In this document: in pieces, positions 47,121 through 59,100 of the stretch
How positions within the stretch are numbered: the stretch's first letter is position 1
Layout: each line of letters begins with the position of its first letter
Source: Antedon mediterranea
Taxonomy: Eukaryota > Animalia > Echinodermata
Assembly: GCF_964355755.1 (NCBI RefSeq)
Contig: NC_092678.1
Location: 22,151,365 to 22,215,364, forward strand
Reading direction: 5' to 3'
Length of the DNA stretch: 64,000 nt
Position numbers and translations under genes: made by a program
Notes under the pieces: generated by a model
What the model was told of the DNA's origin: nothing
What the model saw: only the letters and a program-made list of their open reading frames with translations
The model's database searches: none

Positions 47121-50100
47121 GTAAGTATTGCAAATGTGTAGCCATGCAACCTTAATTTGTAGCCTAAGGCCTAGCCTAGGATTTTGTGTCAGAAATACAG
47201 TATCACGTAGGCCTAGGCTAGGCCTAATGATTCAATTTCGTATTTCATTTATTATTTTTTTAGAGTATTGTAATTAATAATAATAATGTTACTTTTTAAT
47301 AATATTAATATTATTAATTATTAATTAATAAATCAATGCAAAACGTCATAAACAAATACAAGATTAAATGGCCTAGACATTGGCTTATTTATTATTAATT
47401 AGTAGTATTATAATATTCATCACTTTATTCAATATAGTACGATTATTATTGTTTCCATTGTATTGTAATATTAGGAGTAGACCTGATGTATTGTATAAAA
47501 GTTAAAACCAACAGTGTAGTAATACTAGAATACATATTTTACTACTTCATTAATAAATTACAGTACATAACAGCAGAATTAAATATATTAATTTTTGAAT
47601 AATTAAATAAAATGTCAGATCATATCATAGATAGGAGGAGGGGTTGGAATATGCAGAGGATGCACCCTTCTAAATGTACCATCATGATATTCAGTTGCAA
47701 TATACTTGTCTGAATTAGAATTAGTTAAAACAAAACTGCTTTATTAGCATCCATACAGTAATATGACTGAAACAACTTAATATTGTTTCATTTTCTATTC
47801 TGTAAGTTATTTACCTTTCCTGCTAGAAATACTACACTACTATATGAATTGCATGTTGCACAAACCTGTGTTTATGAATTAAATCATTTTTATTGGCAAT
47901 GAATCTAAAGAATCTTCTATAAATTTAAAAGAATACACCATGTTAAAAGATATTCTACTCCAGTTACTGCAGTAACAACTGTATTTTGATTATTCTCTAT
48001 TTAAATAGCTAGATTGTTTCGGGACAATCATATACGCTGCAATAAAAACTAAATTTATATGTTTCACAGAAAAAAATGTAAAACTGTACAGTAGTATCTG
48101 TATCAAAATAATTTTGTTGATACCTGAGTAATATTAGTATATAAATATTTGATTATAATATCTTGGCTTCCTTTTATTTCTTACTTTTAGGTAAGATATA
48201 AAATAAAGATACGGCTTAGTTTACAGATTCTGTTAAAAAAAAAAAAAAACTTTTTTAAACTGCACCTACTGTGCCGTATTAGCGCACAAAAAGTCTTTTT
48301 ATTCAAATAATTCCAATAATAAAAAAAATACAGGAATTTTAATTCCCTGAAATAACCAGGATGATAGTGTAATGTGGGTTGGTGTATCCTCTTTCCAAGG
48401 CTATCTCTTTAGAAATCTTTAAAAAATCTATAGAATTTTTTAAAAACATTGAATTATCCTTAATCTTTTCAGTACAGTACACAATATTAATTATATAACC
48501 CTTAATCATGCTGAGTAGATAGGTAAACACTTACAAAAGTACATTAAAAAAAGTAAAGATACGTCATATTAAATGTATAGGATGATCTATATTAAGTTTA
48601 TTATCTGTTCCCGGACAATTGAAAACAAAGAAAGACATGAAACAACTTAAAGAACTAGCCAATGAAAGATCAGACTGGAAGAAACTAGTAAAAGGGATTT
48701 ACGGAGCAGCCCAAGCGGAAATGTCGGCAGACTTTTCAGCGGAAAGGCAGTAATAATAATAATATATAATATATATAAATTGTAAATAGTATCAATTCCA
48801 TAAAAAAGTAATAATTTTTGGAGGGCTTTATTAATCCTTAAGTACAATTTATAATGTTTATTAAAACGTACAATAAAACGAAAATTCTCATTAAAATACC
48901 CTGTATTGGTCAATCCAAAACCTCTGAGTAAAGTACTCAATTTTTATCTTTATTTAACAACAAATATTGAAATCGCAAGGTTTAAAACACTCTGTATATA
49001 ATAACATTGCTATTTCCTCATAGGAAGTCCAGCATTGCTTTTCAGTATAGTGACTTACATAATACCGTACTTCAGAAGGTTTAATGCACTTATTTCAACA
49101 CTTCCAACCAAATCATTTAAGCCTCCAATATGAACCTGTTGCCAAGTTGAAAATAACATAATTATAAAAGCAAGGAATACATTTCTATATTTGGCAAGCA
49201 ATGAATTTCTAAGATAGAATATGAACCTGTTGCCAAGTTGAAAATAACATAATTGTTAAAGCAAAGAATACAGGTACCGTATATATCTAGATTTGGCAAT
49301 GGTTTTTTAAGATTGTGTTATCATGTATCTCTCTGATTTATTATCATCATCATTCATTTTTATTTCAGAGTGTGAAGAGTCAATCAACCAAGTATAAAAT
49401 GCAGAAAACTTTCCCGACAACTGCAGGCGAATTGGATTGCAATCTTAAGAAGAACCGATATAAAGATATTTTACCTTGTAAGTTATTGTACGCTTGCAGT
49501 GAAATATGCCCAATTCATTCCCCACATCTTTTGATTCAAAAAGAACAATAATGGATGAAAATTAATTTTTAAGGGAAAGAGCGTAATTCTTTTCATTAGA
49601 AATTAGAGAATTTTAAGAAATGTTATAATATTAACCTATTATACAGTATATGACATTTACATCAGAAGCCTATATATTATTATGAATTTTTTTTTTTTTT
49701 TTGCAGTTGATTATACACGAGTTGTGTTGTCCGAGATAGAGGGCATACCAGGTTCGGACTACATTAATGCAAATTATCTAAAGGTAGTTTGAATTGATTT
49801 CGTTATTATGTTTTTATAATATTAATAATATTTTTAAAAAGCCTGGCCAAGGATTGCCATTGTCATTGTCACTGTTCAATGCTTTGATACCTGCCCTAAT
49901 GTAAAGGGCATTGATAGGGCAGGTATAAATGAAGCCCTTATTTATGCCCTTTACATATGCCTGCCCTATCAATGCTGTTTGGTGGCCTACAATATCAATG
50001 CACTCTAGCAGAAAAATCACAAGTGATTTTTCAGATTTAAACTAAATTTCAATTGATGAATTGATAGTACTCAATGTTTAGTAGTAGACAATTACCACTT

Positions 50101-53100
50101 AAGTTCTGTCTACACTATCAAACTTTATGTGACAAAAAAATGTGATGTGCCCATACACGATGATGTCATATCACTACCATATTTGGGAATATCACTACCA
50201 TATTTGGCCACATCACACTTTTTTGTCAAAATAGTTTGATAGTGTAGACAGAGCTTTACAAATAAAAAGAAAAGCTATATAGTGTAGGACCGTAAGTATT
50301 TTATTTCTGGATGTTAAACTGTTTACATACCAGATCTGTAAACTATTGTTTATGGAAATTTAAAGAAAAACCGGGTAGTTGCATTATCTGACAGTATTTT
50401 ATTTTGTATCATTATTTCCTGGCTATTCTAAAGGTCAAAAAGAAGAACAACGATGAAAAGAAAGGTCAAACCTTGATAAAAAAATTATTCGGAAAATAAG
50501 AAATGATCATACAGTAGTAAAACACACGCTTGGCATTCTCAATTAAAATTTTAATTTTTGGCCCTTTTACTGAATTTAAAAAAGCCAAGTACAAACATAG
50601 CAAAGTATCAATAAGTTGACCTACTGTATTCTCACTACTACACTATATAATACTGTTTGTCAATACTTAACATTGTATATTTGCTATTGTAAATTTGACC
50701 TGAACTACATTTTGATTGTTAATCTTTTATGTTTCACACATTAACTGTGCACTCTTCCGGGACTCACTGTATTTCAACTAATTCAACTGTACAATAATAA
50801 ATTATTTATTACTAAATATTATAAAGTTTTCAAAATTATTCTACTGCAGTTACTGCAGTAACTACCTTAAGTTTACTATTTAACCTGGTTAAAGCTCTGT
50901 CTACATTATCAAACTTTAAGTGACAAAAAATGTGATGTGCCCATATATGGACATGATGATGCCATATCACTACCAACCATATTTGCGCACATCATATTTT
51001 TCTTTGTAAAACTAGCAGTAATATTTTTGTTGGTGATCATCATATGCATCATTGTTTATTGTAGTGACTAACCCAGACACTTTTAGAACAAACTAAAATC
51101 ATACATTATTGCATTAAAATTAAAAATGTAATTACTGCAGTAACTGAAGTAGTATAATTTTCACATGATCCTTTAAATTTAATATAGTGAGACATTGATA
51201 ACAAACAATTTCGTAACTGTCATGGAACAATTCAAATATTTGACCTTTAGTTTAATTATGGTTTCAAAAATTATTGCGGCCATTAAATTTTATCATTAAA
51301 TCTGTATTGTTTAATAAATTATTGAAATACAATTATATTAGACACAATTGTTTAGCCAAGGCTATAGTTTATGAGGTAATTTCACACGTTTTATTATTAA
51401 GTGTTTCATTGTTTTTTTTATTGAATTAAGATACCAAGATAAAAATGTTTTAATCTTGAGGAAATAATATATTAGAATTGATGTTATCATAATCAATGCT
51501 TATAGTTGCCTTCCTTGTGTGTGACGTAAAAGATGTTAAACAATGGGAAGTCATTTGTATTATGGTTATTTGTCAATTTTCATGGCTACATAGAGTAGGT
51601 TCACACTAGCGTGTTCATTGCTACATAGGCCAGATTCACACTAGCATGTTCATGGCTACATAGGCCAGGTTCACACTAGCGTGTTCATTGCTACATAGAG
51701 TAGGTTCACACTAGCGTGTTCATTGCTACATAGACCAGGTTCACACTAGCATGTTCATTGCTACTACATAGACCAGGTTCACACTAGCTTGTTCATGGCT
51801 ACATAGACCAGGTTCACACTAGCGTGTTCATTGCTACATAGAGTAGGTTCACACTAGCGTGTTCATTGCTACATAGACCAGGTTCACACTAGCATGTTCA
51901 TGGCTACATAGACCAGGTTCACACTAGCGTGTTCATTGCTACATAGAGTAGGTTCACACTAGCTTGTTCATGGCTACATAGACCAGGTTCACACTAGCAT
52001 GTTCATGGCTACATAGAGTAGGTTCACACTAGCGTGTTCATTGCTACATAGACCAGGTTCACACTAGCGTGTTCATTGCTACATAGGCCAGATTCACACT
52101 AGCGTGTTCATTGCTACTACATAGACCAGGTTCACACTAGCTTGTTCATGGCTACATAGACCAGGTTCACACTAGCGTGTTCATTGCTACATAGACCAGG
52201 TTTACACACTAGCATGTTCATGGCTACATAGACCAGGTTCATACTAGCATGTTCATTGCTACATAGACCAGGTTCACACTAGCATGTTCATGGCTACATA
52301 GAGTAGGTTCACACTAGCATTTTCATGGCTACATAGACCAGGTTCACACTAGCATGTTCATTGCTACATAGACCAGATTCACACTAGCCTGTTCATGGCT
52401 ACATAGACCAGGTTCACACTAGCATGTTCATGACTACATAAACCAGGTTCACACTAGCATGTTCATTGCTACATAAGCCAGGTTCACACTACCGTGTTCA
52501 TGGCTACATAGACCAGGTTCACACTAGCGTGTTCATAGCTACATAGACCAGGTTCACACTAGCATATGTTCATGGCTACATAGACCAGGTTCACACTAGC
52601 ATTTTCATTGCTACATAGACCAGGTTCACACTAGCATGTTCATTGCTACATAGGCCAGATTCATACTAGCGTGTTCATTGCTACATAGACCAGGTTCACA
52701 CTAGCATGTTCATGGCTACATAGACCAGGTTCACACTAGCATGTTCATTTCTACATAAGCCAGGTTCACACTAGCGTGTTCATGGCTACATAGACCAGGT
52801 TCACACTAGCATGTTCATGGCTACATAGACCAGGTTCACACTAGCGTGTTCATTGCTACATAGGCCAGGTTCACACTAGCATGTTCATAGTTACATAGGC
52901 CTGGTTTACACTAGCATGTTCATGGCTACATAAGCCTGGTTCACACTAGTGTGTTCATGGCTACATAGACCAGGTTCACACTAGCATGTTCATGGCTACA
53001 TAGACCAGGTTCACACTAGCATGTTCATGGCTACATAGAGTAGGTTCACACTAGCATGTTCATGGCTACATAGACCAGGTTCACACTAGCATGTTCATTG

Positions 53101-56100
53101 CTACATAGACCAGATTCAAACTAGCCTGGCTACATAGACCAGGTTCACACTAGCATGTTCATGGCTACATAGACCAGGTTCACACTACCGTGTTCATGGC
53201 TACATAGATCAGGTTCATACTAGCATGTTCATGGCTACATAGACCAGGTTCACACTAGCATGTTCATGACTACTGTACATAGACCAGGTTCACACTAGCA
53301 TGTTCATTGCTACATAAGCCAGGTTCACACTACCGTGTTCATGGCTACATAGACCAGGTTCACACTAGCGTGTTCATGGCTACATAGACCAGGTTCACAC
53401 TAGCATGTTCATGGCTACATAGACCAGGTTCACACTAGCATGTTCATGGCTACATAGACCAGGTTCACACTAGCATTTTCATTGCTACATAGACCAGGTT
53501 CACACTAGCATGTTCATGGCTACATAGGCCAGATTCATACTAGCGTGTTCATTGCTACATAGACCAGGTTCACACTAGCATGTTCATGGCTACATAGACC
53601 AGATTCATACTAGCGTGTTCATTGCTACATAGACCAGGTTCACACTAGCATGTTCATTGCTACATAGGCCAGATTCATACTAGCGTGTTCATTGCTACAT
53701 AGACCAGGTTCACACTAGCATGTTCATGGCTACATAGACCAGGTTCACACTAGCATGTTCATGGCTGCATAAGCCAGGTTCACACTAGCGTGTTCATGGC
53801 TACATAGACCAGGTTCACACTAGCATGTTCATGGCTACATAGACCAGGTTCACACTAGCCTGTTCATTGCTACATAGGCCAGGTTCACACTAGCATGTTC
53901 ACAGTTACATAGGCCTGGTTTACACTAGCATGTTCATGGCTACATAAGCCTGGTTCACACTAGTGTGTTCATGGCTACATAGACCAGGTTCACACTAGCA
54001 TGTTCATGGCTACATAGACCAGGTTCACACTAGCATGTCCATAGCTACATAGACCAGGTTCACACTAGCATGTTCATTGCTACATACTGTAGACCAGGTT
54101 CACACTAGCATGTTCATGGCTACATAGACCAGGTTCACACTAGCATGTTCATGGCTACATAGACCAGGTTCACACTAGCGTGTTCATTGCTACATAGGCC
54201 TGGTTCACACTAGCGTGTTTATTGCTACATAGACCAGGTTCACACTAGCATATTCATGGCTACATAAGCCTGGTTCACACTAGCATGTTTATTTTTACCC
54301 ATACCATAATTTTATGGTAACCAGAAAAGTAACTGTAAATGTTTTCAACATATCTTCCGCTACAAAATATATCTGCAATAATGTTGATTAAAAAATCGTT
54401 TTTTTTTTTCATGTTATTTAAAGGATCACAATGACAAGCCTGTGTACATTGCAGCACAAGGACCACTACCCCAGACTGTTGCTGACTTCTGGCGATTAAT
54501 TTGGGAGAGCAATGCTCAGATTGTTGTCATGGCGTGTAATGAATATGAACTAGGGAAGGTAATACAACTTTAAATATTAGCAATACAAAGAAATGTTTTC
54601 TACACCAAATTCAGGTACAAATTTAGTACTATTAAGTAGTGTAATATCAAGAGTGGCTTTATGCCCACATGGCGCTCCATACATATATAGCGCCACCACA
54701 CATATTATAAGTTGTTGTTGTTCTACGTGAACGTAGCGGAATGCAGCCACACTAAATAAAGTATGTGTTTATCACAGTTACTAAGGGCCAGTGTTCATTT
54801 ATATACCGTTATTACAATTAGTAAAACTTATTGCGAACAAATTGTTTAAAAACACAAATTTAAAAAGAAAAAAAGGACCTTACCTACATTATCACCATGT
54901 TTACCTTGTAGAGGAACTTTTTTTGAATTCTAGTAGTAATAATTTACATTACATATTTACAAAGATAATTCTGTTCTATCATTCATTTGCATATAGTATC
55001 TGTTTGGTTAGTTGATTAACAAATATTGCCAAAATACCCTTAATGGCCAAATGTCAATATTATATTTATTTGTCGCTGTTCATTAAACAAGATGATTGTC
55101 TTGTTAATTTGAACTAAGTAATTTGGAGCCAACTAATTGTGTTTAAAAATAGAATTTTAGTTTCAAACTCAACATCAAAGACTTTAAGCTCTGTCTACAC
55201 TATCAAACTTGTTTGACAAAAAAAATATGGAAATGTTGATATCATATCACTACCAAATTTAAGCATATCACTAGAATATTTGGGCACATCACATTTTTTT
55301 TTTGTCAAATAAGTTTGATAGTATAGTCTACATTGAAACATACTTTTTTAATTTTGTTTGTTTTCTGAAACCAAGAAGCATAAATTATTACACTTTCACA
55401 TCATATTTTTCAGCATAAATGTCAGAAATATTGGTGTGAGGAAAATGAAAGTCTTCCATTTGGTGAAATGAGGGTGCAACAGGTTTGTATATCTCCATTA
55501 TTAAAATATTCTTTTTCCTTCCTTTTCCTGTTATTTACTTTTTTTCTCCACTTTATGAAGTATTAAAACAGTCAGTTTTATATCTATCTATATATTTTCT
55601 TTCTTATTTTAGATTAGTCAAGAATGCATAACGAAAGATTTTTTGATACGAAAACTTCTTGTTTCGAAAGGAGAGGTAAGTGCCAAGACGATAGAATAAA
55701 TTCATAGTGTCTTTATTTGTCCATTTGTTTTGAAAACTGGCATATCATATCATAGCAAATATTCTTGCTATCACCTAGTTTACTTTCTAGATTTAATCTA
55801 ATAACTCTATGGGTTTTTTAATGTCAGGATCAAAAGCAGTTGTTTCAATTTCATTACACATCATGGCCGGACCATGGAGTACCTACGACAGTTGAAGCTA
55901 TCATTAATATGGTGAAGAAGATGCGAGACTATCAGGTGGACGGCACCATGCCTCTTCTTATTCACTGCAGGTTAGATGACAAGTTATATCAATATTATCT
56001 CTGAGTACCATCTTCTGAAAGCAGGTTGATGACCTTTGACCAGCAACTTTCCAGATTATCTTCACTCCCCACATGCTGTATACAGAGTGGAGAGCATCAG

Positions 56101-59100
56101 AACTTCTGTAGTCTGCTGTTTTACCAAACCATAAGGTTCTTGACCGTTTCCTGTCCATCTTCCCTACAATCTTTCCTTCTGATGTTGCATATGATGATAT
56201 GTCAAAAAATTGGCAAATACTGAAAAGAAAACTATAAGCCAGTGGTTTTAAATCTTACACATTCCGGAAACCCCTTTTCTAACCTTGGTTGGTCCTTAGT
56301 GCTACGGGCACAGCAACCGTTGGGCTTTTTCTTGTTTTACCTCACTTATCATTATTTGTTTTTCTACAGTGCTGGTTGTGGACGAACGGGAACAATTTGT
56401 GTTATCGATTACGTAAGGAATTTATTAAGAGATGAGGTAATGAATCATAAAGTTAATTTTTGTTGTTACCATCTGTTGTCCAATTATATTTATTTAGAAA
56501 ATTAATGAATATTATTTCTTTTTAGATGATTGATGAGGACTTTAGTCTGAAATCAATAATTTTGGAAATGAGAAAACAAAGGCATGCTATAGTGCAATCA
56601 AAGGTAAGTCTAACTTCAATAAAAGTGTTCATTTATTCAATATAAATTGAGGTTATATGATTTGTGTTTTACTCTTACTTTATATTTTCCTTCATGCTTT
56701 AGTTTTATTTATCGTAAATCTTATCTATTCTAAATCTAAATTTGTGACCATGTATGATTTATTTTTACACAGGAGCAATATGAACTCGTTCACAAAGCAG
56801 CTGCAGCACTGTTTCGGGAAACATTACAAAATAAGTATGACATGAAATTTGATGACGGACACACGTACGAGAACTGGACTATAGATCCCGTAAGTTGTTT
56901 ATAAAATCATAAACTTTACTTCCCAACATCAATGTTTTATTTATTTTTTAAAAATCTAATTGATATAGAAACCACTTTTCCCAGTAGAGATTTGGTTTTG
57001 TATATCAGATTTAGGCAAAAATGTGTTTCTTGTCTGTTAAAAAACTTTCATATCAAAAATGTTATTACTTGTTTATTTTAACTTGGCAGGACCTTATACC
57101 AAGACCAGAAGCTCAAAGGGGTAAGTCTAACTTGTCGTATAATTTTCTCTAATGAAACCAACATTTGAATTATTTGAAATGGGTCACTTCAATACTCCTC
57201 AAGTATAAACCCATTGGCCAATTTTGTATAGGGCTTATGATTAAGAATTTGTTTATACCTGAAATAGGACAGTGTGCATTCTTTAGAACTTCTACTACCT
57301 AAGATTCCATATTGTATTGTTTTTTTGTCACCTAGTAGTACCTCGAATCAACCAATTCTGAGTTGAAGTATCGACTGTGTTGTATTAATGTAGTAGTTTG
57401 TAGGTAGTTTGATTAATTCAAAAACTGTTTTCTATTTGTTCTTCTACAGCTCCTTCAATTCCAGCACATCAGCCAGAGATTCCCAAGAAATCTCAATCCT
57501 TTGATGTCGAAAGTACAAAAGTTAGTGTATCCTCCTCGAAGCCAGCTGTACCATTTAAACCTCCTATTCCCACTAATAAACCAACTTCCCCCATGCCAGG
57601 GAAGCAAGCTGTGTTCTCAACACTAAGAACGTCAGAGAATAAAGTGATGAAATCAAAGCAAGAAGTGCCATCTTTCCCGGTTTCACCAGCACCAGCTCAA
57701 AGACGTTCTTACGACTCCGTTCTTGAGAATGCTCATCATTCTAAAGGTACCGTAAAACGATTGTCAGACACAGATAGTAAAATAGCTGGTGTTCAAAACA
57801 TGTTGCTGCAGCGGCAAAAGAATCTGACTGGTGGTTTGCAGACTAAGCCACCAGATGTTTCTAAACGGTTATCTCTTGAACAGAAGAAACCATCCGAAGT
57901 CCTAAAGTTTCAATCAGAGCCTAAGCCAATTGCAAGAAGTGTGTTCCCTCCAAAGGTTCAACTACCTATTCCTCTTCCCACTACAAGAAATGTATCGGGG
58001 AAAGAAGCCGAGGATAACTCAAGTGCTTATGAAGTCATCAGACCAGAACTTGAAAAGAAAGTGCCGCCATCGAAACCAAAACGAGACTTTAATATTCAGT
58101 TCAACCAACAATCGCCACAAGGGAGATCACCTCTTCCAACTGAAAATCAGTCTTCCCAACCAACCACGAAAACAGCGATGAAACTCCCACCAAAAGCTGT
58201 CAAAAGAGTTTCCCTACCAAATCCAAAATCTGCTCTACCCTGCCCACCATCACCAAAGGTATCAACAGCTTCCGTACCGACACCAAAACCAAACCAACCT
58301 TCACCACCATTAACCACTAAAGGCTCCTTACCTGCACTACCATCATCACAGAGCAATGGAGAGTATGCTTATGTCGACCTTTCAAGTCATCTTCCAGAAC
58401 TGATAGAAAGAGAAAAAGTGTCCGGAACGGAGGAGTGTGCCGCATACGGAATACAAGATGCTGAGGTCATGATTCCTTACGCAACCACCACCATCGACGG
58501 TGTACTAGATGCTAGAAAGCCGCCGCCACAAAAGAAACAAGTTTCGCTAGATAGAACATACGAGGATATCACACCGCAAGACCTGGAAAGATCTAAAGCA
58601 GTTGGACAAAGTGCTTACACTGAAGATTCGGCATACGCAGAAGTTGGCGACTTTCAGCAACCGCAAGAACCAAGAGGTAAAGTCCATAAAGAAAAGCGCC
58701 ACCAGCGATCATTTTATTTAGAGTGGCGCTATACAAGAATACATTATCATTTATAAACCAGTTTCTATAGCAAATATCCAATTATATCTCTTGCTTCTAA
58801 GATATTTTCTGTTGGAATCTGAAATCTTCTTTTTATATTTTATTTGTTTTCATACGTTCTCTTGCATGTTTACCCTGAATTAATTATTTTGTGCACTAAA
58901 AAACATTACGCATGTGATGTTAACATGTTGTTTAAATTTAATACATCACATCACCAAAAAAAACATTTGAAAAAGTGACAGTTCTACATCATCCAATCAA
59001 ATTACAGTAAATCATAGTGCAGCCAATCAAATTGTACTGGGCCATATTTGCTGGAGCGAATCAGCAATTAGCATCATGTGATTGTCATGAAACTTATTTT

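Noticed and set aside
51580-54290. 35-bp repeats as a CRISPR array
   Set aside because: Units are contiguous with no unique spacers, there are no cas genes, and it lies in a eukaryotic intron.
57593-58756. Stand-alone 387-aa gene
   Set aside because: It is the large internal exon of the PTP gene; the ORF end runs into the intron after 58676.
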